In this document: piece by piece, positions 35,364 to 49,144 of the stretch
Layout of the letters: each line of letters starts with the position of its first letter
How positions within the stretch are numbered: the stretch's first letter is position 1
Assembly: GCA_017499595.2 (NCBI GenBank)
Contig: CM039002.1
Span: forward strand, 1,550,001 to 1,614,000
DNA from: Psilocybe cubensis
Lineage: Eukaryota
Length of the DNA: 64,000 bases
Reading direction: 5' to 3'
Translations under genes and position numbers: made by a program
The notes under the pieces: model-generated
Databases searched by the model: none
Told to the model about the DNA's origin: nothing
What the model saw: the letters and a program-made list of their open reading frames with translations, nothing else

Positions 35364-36545
35364 TCAAACCACCTCTATGGACCAATTCAACAGGTAAATT
35401 GTGGGTTCCAAATCACGGTAATCCCAGAGCTCAACCTCCTGTAGCTCCGCGTCTACTTTGACTTTGACATCTTGATGCGGACCGAAAATATCTTCCTCCC
35501 ACAACTTCTTCCAGCTCTCAGGTGAGTGGCAGAACATCGCGCGCAGTCTGATCTCAGATGCAACTGCGGTTCCGTCATTATCCTTGCGTACAGTTTCAAA
35601 ACGGAAGCCCTTTTCAGGCCGCGCAACTGGCCAAAAATAATGGAACCTTTCTCGGGCAGCAGGAGGAATGCAAGACGGCGCGCAAGCTCGCGCTGGCTGT
35701 CTTCCGGGAAGAGGTGAAAGAACGAGGAGGCATGGATGGCAGACAATCGGTGCTTTAGCGGGGTCAGTGAGGTGAGGTCTCGGAGTGGATGGATTGGTGG
35801 TGGTTGCTTGACCTCTGTGGTGGAATTGGAATTGGGCGATGGTTGAGTGTCTGAGATGTCGAGTGTGGCAGGGGAGAAAACATCTCCTGCGATGAATGTA
35901 GCGGGGAAGCTTTTTGGAGTGGACTTGAAAAGCTCATGTCCGAAGTTCCAGAATTCTAGTTGTGCATATCAGATTGGTTCTACCATTTCGAAAGAATTTT
36001 TAGTAACCTGGGCGAAGGTCGGACGCTACGACATTCTCAGCTGGCCACCCATCCACAACAGCCTTTCTGGCATCATTACCAACTTATGGGAGTGGAAATT
36101 GAGCAAATTGATTAAAGAAAGTATGCAGGCAAGACTGACAACAACAACCGATATCTAGAAGGATAGGATCCTTGCGTTGCTCAAGAAGTTTCAAGGCCTT
36201 TGGATATCCAGGGAGCCGTGCAATTTTGAGCCTAGTTTATGTGAGTACTAGTATGTTCAGCGAAATATCCATGCAGTATGCGTACTTTGCAAACGAAAAT
36301 CGGCGAATGCAAGGGTATCCATAAACCTTGAGGGATAGTTTCACTTCTTAGTCAAGAGGTACTTTGTTCGATATTTGGAGACGCACTTGATAAGCCTTTT
36401 CCTGTACAGCCAATATATGCTTCTTCAGCTCCTCTTCGTCGTTTATGCCTGTAAGGAGTGCAAAGAATTGTCGTTCGTCCTCTTCAAGGCTATAGCGAGA
36501 GGGATCTAGACTCGGGCGTGTAGCTGGGTCTCCGTATCGGGTCAT
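35364..36545 (-). pseudogene. SAM-dependent methyltransferase, tandem copy C, frameshifted in last exon
   Basis: Same motifs; after SIIFGQ only 'TT' (35625-35626) replaces the two codons (HG) of the paralogs; homologous sequence MFCHSPESW...NWSIEVV* continues in another frame. Confidence 0.75.
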
Positions 36546-37106
36546 GGCGTCTGAGAAAAGGGAATGATATTAGAAAGCCAAGTTGGTGCAGACTGGGAAT
36601 AAATGATGAAAGTCTTTTGTACCATTGACCCAACCCAAATTTACACAAATAAGAATGGGAGACTCGGTGCAGACCATTCACGTATACGAGAATATTCTGT
36701 TTATCTTTATGCATCAGAATATTTCCTCTAGTGGATGTTCCATGATGTCAGAACAGATATATGCGCTTTGAAGGAATACTAGAGAGATGAGAGCGGCTCG
36801 CTGTTGAGTTGAAAGTGACGTTGAACATTGAGCTTGTGGGGGGGAAATTGACATCCATTTCTCTGTGACATCTCCTTGAAGGAGAAAATACGGTTAGCAA
36901 CAGCAAAGTATGTCGTGGGAGGGTCTGCCGGAGTGTGCGTCGAATATGCGGCAGGATGAGTGCAACTTTTGCTCTCGTAAGTCATCCGTAAATTTGCAAC
37001 CGGATCAACGCTTTCCCCGGTCCGAGGTAGGAAAGTGACGAAGTTGATTGCTCCTGCCTTTCCTCTGCCGAGCCGTGCGCTCTCTCCCTCTCCCCACCAC
37101 ATTCCT

Positions 37107-39312
37107 ATGCATAGACTCCCCCTCAAACATAGCCAACGGTCATTTCAGCTAACAAGATACAATACTTCTTCCAGGCGACATATCAACTCTCTTCCACCGA
37201 AACCTCCACCTCTATCTCGACCATCCCGGTCCCTCAAATATGCGCGTAGAACAGGCTACCTCGTCGCTGGTCTAGGAGCGGCCTATGCTGTCGATAGATA
37301 TTACAATGCATCCTCTATCTTTAGAAATTTACGTACTTTATGGACAGTGAGTACCTCTGGTTCTACATATTACAGACATCTCTGACTGGTGTTTCTTCTT
37401 CAGTGCGCTTTAATCACCTTAGACTACAAATGGAACTTTACACCCGAGAAAAGCGACTTGATTCCTCAATTGCATGAGCGAGTCGCACAGCGAGTCTATG
37501 ACTTGATGACATCTAATGGAGGATTGTACATCAAAATTGGGTCCGTCTTAACTTTTTTTCTTCGACATCAAATAATTGTGTTCATTGAATATCATTTAGT
37601 CAAGCTATCGGCGCGAACGCTGCGGTTTTGCCCAAGCCTATGCAAGTTAAATTTGCGTCCTTGTTCGACGATGCACCTCAAATCCCGTACTCGGTGGTGC
37701 ATGACGTCTGTATGCGTGAGCTTGGTCGGCCGCCTAGCGGACCTGGTGGAGTGTTCGAGATATTCGAAGAGAAGGCGGTGGCTAGTGCCAGCATCGCGCA
37801 GGTGCACAAAGCCAAGTTATGGCCGCGTGTCCTTCCAGATGGTACCTTGGAAAAGGAAGAGAGGTGGGTCGCCGTCAAGGTTCAAAAGCCGGATGTAGCG
37901 AAGCAAATGGTTTGGGATTTGGGAGCCTATCGCGCTGTCATGTGGATGTTTGAAAATTGGGCGTTCGACCTTCCTGTATATTTCGCTGTTGGTGCGTATA
38001 ATATGTGTTGCCTTAATTTTTTTTTTGCATATGTTTATTTGATTTGAACAGACTTTGTGTCGGAACATCTCAAACAAGAACTCGATTTTGTACGCGAGGC
38101 TGATAACGCTCGACAGACAGCCGAGTTCATCGCTAGCGAACCGACACTCCGCGACAAAGTCTACATACCCGTCGTATATCCCGAGCTTTCTACGAAGCGC
38201 ATCATGGTTGCCGAGTGGATAGACGGGGTGCGTCTTTCGGATAAGCCGGGTGTGTACAGACTTATGGGCGAGAAATATCCATCCTTGTCAGCATCCACCA
38301 TCGACCCAGCGTCTGCGACATCTCTCGTTGCATCCCCATCTTCAGAGTTATCAGCTTTGCCAAACTCACCGACATCCGTTTCCTCGCTTCAATTCCCTTC
38401 CAAACCTCTGAAGGGCGGTTTAGATGCCGTCCTTCTCCCCCTGGTCCAGCTGTTTTGCGCTCAAATGTTTGATTGGGGTTGGGTACATTGCGATCCCCAT
38501 CCCGGAAATATCCTTGTGCGTCCCAACCCTGTCAAACCTTCAGTACCACAGATTGTGCTCTTGGACCATGGATTGTATGTACGCGTACCAGATGGATTCA
38601 AGCATGATTGGGTCAAATTATGGCGAGCGCTTCTGGCCAAGGATTTCCATGGGGTAGAAGAGGTAACGAAGGTGTGGGGGTTCGGAGTACCTGATCTAAT
38701 GGCAAGCTTCATGTTGATGCGGCCTACGGTGTTGAAGAAGGACAACAGGAAGGGTCCACAACCTCCTAGGAAGCCTTTGACACAATACGAGATCAGCGTC
38801 AAAATGAAGCAGAAACTGAAGGAGTTTTTAATGGATACGGATCGTATGCCCAAGGTTCTTATTTTCCTTACAAGGAATATGCGGATGGTGCAAGGTGAGC
38901 AAATTCGCGTTTCCTGTAACGTCGGTTCAGAGCTAATCGCTGTCTGTGTTTGAAAGGCAATAATCAATCATTTGGCTCACCTGTAAATCGCATCAAGGTC
39001 ACCGGCCTTTGGGCATCCCGTTCTTTATCGCGCGACACTGCTTTGCCATTTTCTCTGCGCGTGCGAGAGTATATCTATCACCTCCGGTTCCGTTTCTTGA
39101 TCTTTGGATTGGACGTCCTGTTTTGGAGAGCAAAGGCCACGGCGTTCATTGGGAGTTGGGTAGAACGGATCGTCAATGCCTTGGGCATTCGGCGGTGGGG
39201 TCTTGGGTGGGTGCGCAGAGGTAACTTTGAAGAAGAGCTGGAGAAGACAATGAGGGGGTTCGCCAAGGACAGTTTAGGTTTCGATGTGGGATCTGGGGCT
39301 TTTGAGGGTTAA
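37107..39312 (+). CDS. ABC1/UbiB-family atypical kinase (ADCK1/Mcp2-like), probably mitochondrial
   Basis: Basic presequence-like N-terminus; NGGLYIKIGQ, ASASIAQVHKA, VAVKVQ, ELDF, HCDPHPGN, LLDHG. Confidence 0.9.
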
Positions 39313-40477
39313 TGTATTTTGTTGCTTGTAATGTAATTGGTTGTATACTACTCGAAACTTATTGGTTATTTGTATCATGGTCCTGATATCGAACCTCGAG
39401 TTGTCCTTCGCGGTGGAATGAAGCGCAACAAACATTTCGCTGCCCCGGACTGTTCCTATCGGCATCCTTTGCCAAAGAGCCTAATATTAATGACGCAACT
39501 TGAATTTCTTTGGGAGTTCGTCTATTCTTTGGACGGATCCAGGCTCCCCGAGTCAAGTCTTTGTTAACTTTCCTTGTCGTAATTGAACCAAAGATATAGC
39601 GGAGCCTCATGACATGCGTGTAACCAAAATTTCCGACAATGTCGTTAGGAGGATCCACGTCGTGTAATCGCCTTAAAGACTTGGTGAACATGCGTAGAGG
39701 AGGAGGAACTTTCGTTGGGATGGTCGTTTATGAACGTAAAGTCTATTTTGGCTCCGCTTCATTTCGTCTCGGCGATATTTCGATCATGATCGAGCACGTG
39801 CTGCCATCCCGAGTAATGACCGTGTTTAATTTGTTCCTCAGACCTTCACCGCCATTGGAATCGTCAGCTATACGACGGATTCGTGAAATTTCACTGAAAT
39901 GACGCGTAAAAATCTTGCATATACTCTGATCATCTAATTTAGAAGTGAATGCGACGCGTTTTCTCGGCTATTGAAGAGACAACTTGAAGATGTCAACAGT
40001 GGCACCTAACTAACTGGACTCTCTCCGTATGTGCTACACAATGGACGCCAGGACGTCGGGTGAGCGTTCCACCATATCTCTTTCTATTCTAAATCCGTGC
40101 TAAACAGGTATAAATGGGGAAGAATAATGTGATGTCATTGAATTGGTATAGCCTCGGGCCCAGATATGCTGGCCCTCTCTTTGTCATGTCAGTCAAACAA
40201 TGCGCGTTGATTGTGGTTTTTCGTGGCCCATCTCTCCAACTTCGACTAGTCCCGTATGACCGGGGGTCCACCAAAGATCCTGGCCGCCAGATATGTCACG
40301 GACGCGGTCACTGGTATAAAGACGGGCCCAAGATAAGTTTTGTGCCACTATCGTTCTCGGGTCATCGCCCTCCCATTCTGGTTTCGTGTCTCCACATTTT
40401 TTCTTCTTCTAAGTTTTAAGTCGCTGGTCGTCTCTTTTTCTTTACTTTACACGTTTTGAACTCGCTAGATTTTTAAT

Positions 40478-41713
40478 ATGACTTCGTACGCGTCGTATAT
40501 TCCTATGGGCACAATTCCTGTCGATGGTCCCAGCCCCTACAACAGGCAATTTACTGGTGAAATTGCCTCTCCTTCTGGCCTCACCCGTGGGCCGAACTTT
40601 TTTACACCCTTAACTTATGACGGATACACTGGGCAAGGCACGGCATGGGTTGTAGAAGAACAACACGACTTGTATCATGGGGTGAGTATCTGTTCAATGT
40701 ACGACTGCCCTAGTTATTCATATAGATTCCCGGCCCCAGAATCCACAGACCCCTTCCAAGCGAAGGAGTGTACCCAAAACACACCCCTACCATTACGCCC
40801 ATGACACGGCGCGTTCGCCTACCCGCGCCAAGTTCTCCATTCCGGAGCCACCTCCTGGGTATTTCCCCTTCTATTCTGAAGGTTCGCATTTGATAACGCG
40901 TCCCAGGAGAGTATACGCGGTGTCTCAGGCCACAGACGCGTATAGTGACGCGTCTTACTCGCCTTCACCTCCGATACAGATGCGCCTGCCTGATCCCTCA
41001 CTGATTCCGAAGAGGAGATCCCCCTCGGAGGAGTCGGTAGAGAGCCTCAGCAGGATGCAGCGGGATGCGTTCACGACTCAGCGTGGACCTTCTAACTGTG
41101 AACGCGTGCCGCAGGCCGTGTTCAGAGCTCCCGCGTCGTCTGGCTCGTTCCGGTACCAGGACATTGCGTTCCATAAGGAAGGGTTCCCCGAGCCTGGCAT
41201 CCGTGTAGGGGAGATTGGGCAGCCAACGTTTTTGTTGGAAGGTGCGACCGAGTGCACCCTCCCCAATACCGGAGATAGTTTTTTGAGCATCCAGATCATG
41301 GTCAGTAAAACCTGTTTACTTCTTCAGAAAGATATTAACGTGATTGTTTTCCATTTTCTAGTGGCCTGGGTACGAGCCGTACAAGTTTAAGCTCAAGGCG
41401 TTTATGGGAGAGGGCCGCGCGAAGGTTCCAATCACGCACGAAACTATTGCCAACAGACTTTGTGCGGAGCTTCTCGAGTTCAAGAAGTGCCTGAAGGTGT
41501 GTGTATACTGTGGGTCATTGATATTCTCAATTCTGAGTCTTTCCTCTTTTTTAGGTTGTTGACCCTATGCTGGCCCACTCCTGGTGGATCTCTAGACACT
41601 ACGGTGACGCTGGTATCGACATCAATCAGCTCTTCCTCTCGCACATGGTGCACCGTGGTGGTTCTCACTGGCAGGTAGAGTTGTGGGCTCCCAGACGTCA
41701 GCGTCACTCATAA
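40478..41713 (+). CDS. Hypothetical basidiomycete protein (resembles the DUF6741-type WPGY...IT...IA family)
   Basis: Four exons splice to IQIM-WPGYEPYKFKL...PITHETIANRL...HWQVELW; family assignment from memory only. Confidence 0.6.
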
Positions 41714-42118
41714 GGGTTGGAGTTTGTTTGCATCTTCATGGTTGTTTTGCTTCATTTTCTCCAGTTGCGTTGATTGCACTTTTTTTCTTTTTCACTTGTT
41801 TGCTAGGCGCTCTTGAAGAGCTGTACGACTGTTCTTTTGCTTATTTTTATTTTTTTTCGGACTTTTTACGACTCCACGATTTTTACGCACTTTCCTCCAC
41901 AAATATCCCCACCCCCCTCCCCCTTTTCTAATCTTGCCTTCACACATTTTTACGCATCATATCACACATCCCTTTACGACATTCATTTGACGATCTATTT
42001 TTCCTCTTTCACATTCTTCAGGGACAATTAAACATAAATACAAACATATGTAGCATATCATTTGCATTAGGATCATACCATTTAGCGTAGTACATTTTTA
42101 ATAATATAAACACCATGA

Positions 42119-43046
42119 TTATTGCAGACTAGATCCAGTGATATTCCCGTTTCTACTATTTCCGCTATTATTCGACGAAGGTCTATTTGTGGTCGGATGT
42201 TCTATGGACACCTCAGCGGTAAGCCGTGATATTTCTGAAAATGCAGCTCGAAGGAGGTCAAGGTCGCTGTCAAGGCTTTCTGCTCTCGTCTTCATCTACC
42301 AGGGAAGTATGCATCAGCAATCATATTCCAAACACAGAGAAGCGGCAGGCGTACCGCTGATATTGTGTCGCTTGCTGCTATCAGTTCGTGGTGGTGGTTG
42401 TACACTAGTGACTGTCGTTCACTATCCAGTTGCCGGATTTCTGAGAGGTGAATGTCAAGTCAATACATATATCAATAAGCCTGCCGTGACACAAAACGTA
42501 CCTGACAGAAGCTCATTCTCTCTCTTCAGCAGCGCAGGTAGCGACGACGTTGTAATCAGCTGCTCATAATAACTCTTTGCATCAAACGCAGTAGAATCTA
42601 CAAACAGAAGTTTGAGTCACAATATCCAACTAATAACCAGAGTACGCACTCAGATCCATAGGGTCCTGCGAGTTGCCCCCAGGGCGCGGCGGCGGCGGGC
42701 CAACGCCCAGCCCATAATGCTTCCTCAGCAGATCCCTCGCGCGCGTCTTCTGTCCCTGAGGCGGTGGGGTGGTCGTCACAGAGCGCCGAGGTGCGCTGGC
42801 TCCGGCTTGGGCCTGGGGCGCCGGAGACGAATGCGCGCTGCTCGGTGTGCTGTGTGACGGTGTTTGCTGTTGCTGTTGATGTTGCTGCGCTGCGCTGGGA
42901 CGCGGGGTGGGCATGGCGAGGGGTGTGGTAGCGGTGGCTAGGGAGGCAGATGTGGAAGAGGAGACTGAGGCTGCGGACGACGAGCGTAGGGGAGAAGGAG
43001 GCGGGCGGGGAATGGATGCGACGCGTGGGGTGGATGGAGAGGACAT
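42119..43046 (-). CDS. VPS51: Vps51/Vps67 GARP complex subunit
   Basis: RARDLLRKHYGL, FDAKSYYEQL, EIRQLDSERQSLVYNHHHELIAASDTI. Confidence 0.85.
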
Positions 43047-43607
43047 CGCTGACTTGGGTATTGTCAGAATAGATGGGGATAGATGTAGAGAGACTTGCGA
43101 TGGTGGTAAGTTGTTGGCTCAAGTCAAGAAGAGGAATCAATTATAGCACACATCCTCTCGGGAGCATTTACTATCACTATGTCCACATACTATTTATCAA
43201 TTCTAGTCCATCAAAGCAAAAAACAAGATGAATAAGATTAATATACTTTACATACCCAGCCTCCGAATTTTTCAGGTTTTCAATTACGGTGAAGATACAA
43301 CAGTCATATAAACAAAAACAACGTTCGTGAAACAGTGTTCCACGATGGAAATGAAGAGATATCTCCATGGCATGATAGTTCGTCGTAAACGGTAAAGTAC
43401 TCATGCGAAGAAAAATATAAGTAACGCAGATAAGTAGGAAGAAAAGGCAAGGCAAAACAGAAATAAGAACACCGTATAAGCAGGGCACAAAACGAGCGTG
43501 CTGGGAATCACAGAAGAAAAGAATGGAATATATAACACAATGTAGCACATGTGTCAAAAGGTTGGAGAAATGCTATCGCCAACTACAGAGGAGGCCAAAT
43601 GGCGCCT

Positions 43608-45616
43608 TCATTTCCCGTTCTCTTTGGGTCGCATGCCCTGGCCATTCGAAGGATACATCGTATACTGGTGAGATGCGGGCTGCTGTGGAGGTATAATCGG
43701 CTGCTTAGGCGCTTGGTCCGTTTGATTAGGGCGGGGTCGGTAATAGCTAGACCGCTGCTGTTGGTCGTGCGAAGGCGCCTGGATGACGGTGGGCGGTGTG
43801 CTAACCGCTACTGTTGGCATTGGCCACGGCAACTTAGCAGCTGGTGCTGCTGGTGCTGCCGCCGGGGGAGCAAGAGAACTAGGACCTTTAGAAGAGGACG
43901 GTCGCTGTTGATGTTGCAAGGCAGGTGAAGCCGCTGGAGTAGAGCCAGTCTGACTGGTACTGTGAGCGGGCGAAGAGATAGGCATGGCCATTGTTGCTGG
44001 GACAGAGGCACTAGATGTATTGGAATTAGATGTTTGTAATGAGGACATTGGGGCGTCTGGCTGGTCGTCTCCTCGTCTTCGTTTGGTTGCCCGTGTTGAA
44101 CTCTCCTTTAGCCCCAAAGCAGTGGCACGGATTAAGATCTGATGTCTAATGGCATTTCAACGTGAGTAAATGGCAAATATTTTTGAAATGCAGAATTTAA
44201 CTTGCCTTGTCCTACTGATTCCCCATTCTTGAACTACCCAGTCCCATTCAATGTCACCAGAAGGGCCTTTTGATCGACTTTCTTCCGTCAATTTCTTCAA
44301 CCTCTCATTCTCTTCCTCCGACCATGCACCCTGATTTCCTATTACAGTACCACCTGTTGCAGGTGTTGTCGTGATTTTGGCCGTGGGCTGGGCGGGTGTT
44401 CCAGCTGCAGGAGTTGACACCATGTGTTGGGGTGGCACGGGAGTTGGGTAGTATCCTCCAGGGGTGTATGCCGCATACTGATAATACGGTGTGGTTGTAT
44501 ATGCCCCTGCAGCATATACAGGATACTGCGGATGAGGATACCCAGGCTGCGCCCCTAAGGGTACAACAAACGACTGTGGGTTCGTTATAACCGGAGCGGG
44601 TGCTGTTGGTGTAGAGGTGGAGGGAGCGGGTGTTGAGGTTGAGGGCGCAGGTGTTGCCTGCGGGGTAACCACTGGAGGCTGATATATGGGAGTGATCACA
44701 GGATACATAGGGGGTGGCGGATTTGTAACGAGTTGCGATGGGTTGGCAAGCTGGATGAAAGAAAGGCAGTCAACAACGCGTCTGAGTTGACGTGTACTGA
44801 TGCACCTTACCAGCGTGTCACAAATACGTTTGGCTTCACCTAGCATCACTAAGGGATCAATCTTTGCGCTGGGTCCCATGTGGTAGCACTGAGCCACGAC
44901 AAGAGGCGAGGTTCCTTTCTAATAGCATTGTTATTGATAAAACAATGCCGACAGCGACTGGATCTCACCACAAGTTCCTCAGCCGCTCCGTAGAATTCTG
45001 CGCAAAGATTGAGAACACGCCACTGAAATTCGTAGTATTGCTGATTTGAAGGGCTGATGTTCGGATGCTGTGGCACGGCAGATGGTGTCGAGGTAGGTGC
45101 TTGAGATTGTCCAGGGTGATAGATCTGCGAATCGTGCTTTGCTGAACCTACTCTTGGGCGCCTATTTTTGGAACCTCTTGGCCTCCCCGGTCGGCGTTTT
45201 TGCTCGGGAGCAGGAGAGGAGGTTTCATCATGCGTCGGGATAGTGTGGGCGCTTTGGGGCGCGGTAGCACTGTGATCTTCAGTGGATCTGCGATTTTCAG
45301 GAGATAACTGCGTTTGGACTTACGTGGTCAATTTAGGAGACGACGGATCACTGCCGTGGATATCGTCGTTTTGGTTCAACTGCTCCTCCACGAGGCCTTC
45401 GTCGTCGTCATCTTCCTCCTCTTCCTCTTCCTCCTCCTCCTCCTCGGCAACGGGTCGTGCACCGGTTGTGGGCGTTGGCTCGGCCGGCTTTTGTGGTTGT
45501 GCATAGGACCCTAGATGACTATTTGGGGTGTAGTGGGATACAAGCGGTCGGCTAGAGCTGGTTGAAGGGGGATGTAGGGCATGAGATAGGGGCTGGTAGT
45601 GCTGGGGATTATCCAT
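43608..45616 (-). CDS. AT-hook plus SANT/Myb-like domain nuclear protein
   Basis: KRRPGRPRGSKNR AT-hook; acidic tract; WSEEENERLKKL...IEWDWVVQEWGISRTR Myb-like repeat. Confidence 0.7.
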
Positions 45617-46160
45617 AACGAATATCGAAAGGTAAGATGGGGAAGACAATGGGGGTTGGTGTGGTCAAGCAAAGGTGTTGAATTGATGTTGAGGGAACAA
45701 AGGAGACTAGGGTCACTAGACAAGACATTGTTATTAGATGGATCTTGGGTATTCTGAAAGGAAAGGGAACAGAAAAGGATCCGCATGAGTACCTGGAGCA
45801 CTAAACCGTCCTGAAAAATCGGGTGGATAAATCTTTTATTGGTTATGGATTAGGATTTCTCATCAAATATAAAAATGTTGCAAGATATGCAAGAAACCCA
45901 CCAGATTCCGAGATACGCCACAAAAAGGATAAGCTAGCAGCAGTTAGCTATTGATGTTGACTGACTGTTGATTGGCGAGTATGCTGTGAGCGTTGTCGAC
46001 TCTGTCCAGCAAGCGTTGCAACTCAACCAACTCGTCACACGTCACGTAAAATAACCTATGTTGTACTTTGTTTTCTTCCCAGGATCTTGCCCACCGACTT
46101 TATCGCCAATTTAGGCAATTGTATAAATAGTTCTCTCCTCTCTCTCCACATCTTCCATCC

Positions 46161-47349
46161 ATGCCTGTCCTCTCGCGTCTCGTCCCAACCATCGCCAGTG
46201 CCTATGGCCTGCAAGCAAGTCTGTGCTTGTCGTACATGTCATGTCGCTGTAGCCACTCACGACCGTCATCTCAACAGTCTTTGCACTCATCTTCGTCCCA
46301 CAGCAGAACGAAAAGTTCTATGACTTGGGTGGTGCCGTTGGATGGTTGACCACCACCTTTTTGTCCCTCTACTATCCCTCTCTCAAGGCAAAGTACTGGG
46401 ATGCCATTCCAGGGTCTCTCCCAGCGTTGTCGTCATTCGCGCCAAGACAATTGCTTATATCCGCTGCCGTTGGTATCTGGTCGGTGAGACTGGGCAGTTT
46501 CCTTGCAATGGTACATCGGTTCAGGTCCTCCTGCTCTGTCTGAGGACTTATCTCACCGCGTTAGCGAGCTATCAAAGCAGGGGGCGACTCCCGGTTCGAT
46601 GAAATTAAAAAAAGCCCACGCAAATTCACATACTATTGGATGGCGCAAGGTGCGCATATATTCACCTCCCAAGACATATCTGATTCCCCCTCAATAGCGA
46701 CGTGGATCACCCTTGTTGGCCTTCCGCTCTATCTTGTAAACACCTTTCCCAGCCGCATTCATCCCGCCTTAGGCGCGCGTGACTATCTTGCAGTTGGATT
46801 GTATGCGAGCGCTTTGTTGTTCGAGGTCATCGCCGACCGTCAGAAATCAGCTTGGAGGAAAGCCAAGAACAACAAGCAACACGACGAAGACTTTATATCT
46901 TCAGGATTGTGGGGAATCAGCAGGCATCCGAAGTAGGTCCTAACCTTGACTTTATATGTTATACTATTAATCTCGTGATTCTATTCTAGCTATCTCGGCG
47001 AAGTCGGAATCTGGACAGGGATTTGGGCACTTTCCACTTCGTCGATTCAGACTGCGGCATATCCCCGTGGTACCATTGCACTTGCAGCTTTGAGCCCCCT
47101 GTTTACTTGGTTTTTGATCCGCAATGTGAATCACTTTGTACTGCGTCATTTGTGAGACCTCTTTACTTACATATTGAATCCAGGTGTCGGGCGTTCCGCC
47201 ACTTGAGCGTGCTGGCGACAAGAAATTCGCCGGCAATGCTAAATGGCAACTGTACAAGGCGTACGTTTGCATTATTATTGTTTTTCCTATAGTCTAACGT
47301 CATGCAAAGCTCTGTCCCCATTTTCTGGCCCTGGGGGTCGACCAAATAA
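46161..47349 (+). CDS. DUF1295 / steroid 5-alpha-reductase-like membrane protein
   Basis: NEKFYDLGG, WSVRLGSFL, GDSRFD, EVIADRQKSAW, GLWGISRHPNYLGE, SGVPPLE. Confidence 0.85.
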
Positions 47350-47868
47350 TTGTTGTACCTGACAAAATTGTAACTTGTAATATCACCTGAAGAGCATAAT
47401 TATTTTCCTGAGATGCGCACATGTCATACACATTATTTTTGAGACGCCGGCTCTAAACTCCGTTGACCCTGAAAGCTATCTTTAGCAGACGATGTTGGCA
47501 TGCAGTTACGCAAATTGTTTGCTGGCACCAACATGCTCCAGGTCCCCAGGTATGACAATGGCTCAAGTGGACAACGCCCAGTCATCCGATACCTGAAATG
47601 AATAGCAAACAGCAGCGTTAAGACATGTACAGACCCGGACCAACCGAGAACAAGGATTTCGCAGGTAGGAAAGACCTAGGCAGAGTGATGAGTTGATGGC
47701 ATGGTTTATGTTGAAAATCTAATCATTTGAGGAAACACGTGATGCGGGAAAAAAGCAAGTGGCCTGATGTTGAACGTAAAAACAGAAAGCAATAAAAAGA
47801 CAGGTCAATGCTTCTAAACAATTTGTATACCCTCCCCGGTTCAGTGCATCCGTCCCATCTCCGCCCCC

Positions 47869-49144
47869 ATGGACCTCGTCCTCCACATAGCTGATGAATG
47901 GTTCCTCGACAAGGTTTATGCTCATCTCGTGCCCCTCTCTGCCTTCGGCGCTTCCCCAGAATTGGCTAAATCCCTGAACGCGACCACCAATTTATTTACC
48001 ACTTCTGCTGATTCTTCAACATGGTCACGACTTGTCTCCCATCTACCCCATCCTCCGCTATCCCATGAAATTGCATCCTCAATATACGCCAACTCTCAGT
48101 CAATATCAGCTTGGCCAAGAGACTATATTCCCCGGCAAATCGCGTCTTTGTCGATCCTTACTATGATTGGAATCCATATTCTGTACTTCCTGTTCGCTGG
48201 TCTATCATACCAGTTTATTTTCAATCATGAGATGATGCGGCACCCTCGGTTCCTCAAAAACCAGGTTGCACTGGAAATCCAGACCAGTCTCCGAGCCTTC
48301 CCCGTGATGATGCTCTTGACTCTTCCCTGGTTCCAAGCTGAAGTGCGAGGATACTCCAAATTGTATGACGGGTTGGACACATACGGCTATTTCTATCTTT
48401 TCGCATCGGTACCGCTGTATGTGATCTCCCTATTCAGTTGCTATTTGCGCCACACACACAGAGTTCTGACCATGTTCCTTTTCTCACCCAGATACCTATT
48501 ATTCACCGATTACGGTATCTATTGGATCCACAGGTGGCTTCATATCCCATTTTTCTACAAGCACCTGCATAAACCACACCATAAATGGATCAGTACGTGT
48601 TTTCGTGGGGTTGGAAAACCGCAACTAACTGTTTTTATTTTCATCCATTCCACCAGTCCCCACTCCGTTCGGATCACACGCATTCCACCCTGTGGATGGC
48701 TATCTCCAATCTGTCCCATACCACCTCTTTATTTTCATCTTCCCGCTGCATCGTGTAACCTATCTTGTTATGTTCGTTCTGGTCAACTTCTGGAGCATCT
48801 TCGTGAGTTTTATATGTGTTGTGGATGCTTATCAACAATGATCGCTTACTTACCATCTTATCTGTTTACTCGGTGTAGATCCACGACTCTGATATGATTA
48901 CGGGACATATCTTTGAAAAGGCCATTAATGGCCCCGCTCACCATACGCTCCACCATTTGTATTTCACTGTCAACTACGGTCAAGTGAGTGAATTTTTTGT
49001 TGTCATGTAGGCCTTTTAATTGTGATGCTAATCAATTTCTCTTTTTAGTACTTCACATGGGCAGACCGTGTAGGAGGATCATACCGACAGCCGGAATCCC
49101 ATCTTGACCCTCTCCTCGAAGTAAAAGCTTTGAAAGACGAGTAG
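47869..49144 (+). CDS. ERG3: C-5 sterol desaturase
   Basis: HPRFLKNQV; His boxes [40 protein letters not shown]. Confidence 0.93.

Noticed and set aside
46211-46225. Apparent GCAAGT GC donor in the DUF1295 gene
   Set aside because: The GT donor at 46219 gives the correct frame (LQAIFALIFVP), so no non-canonical site is needed
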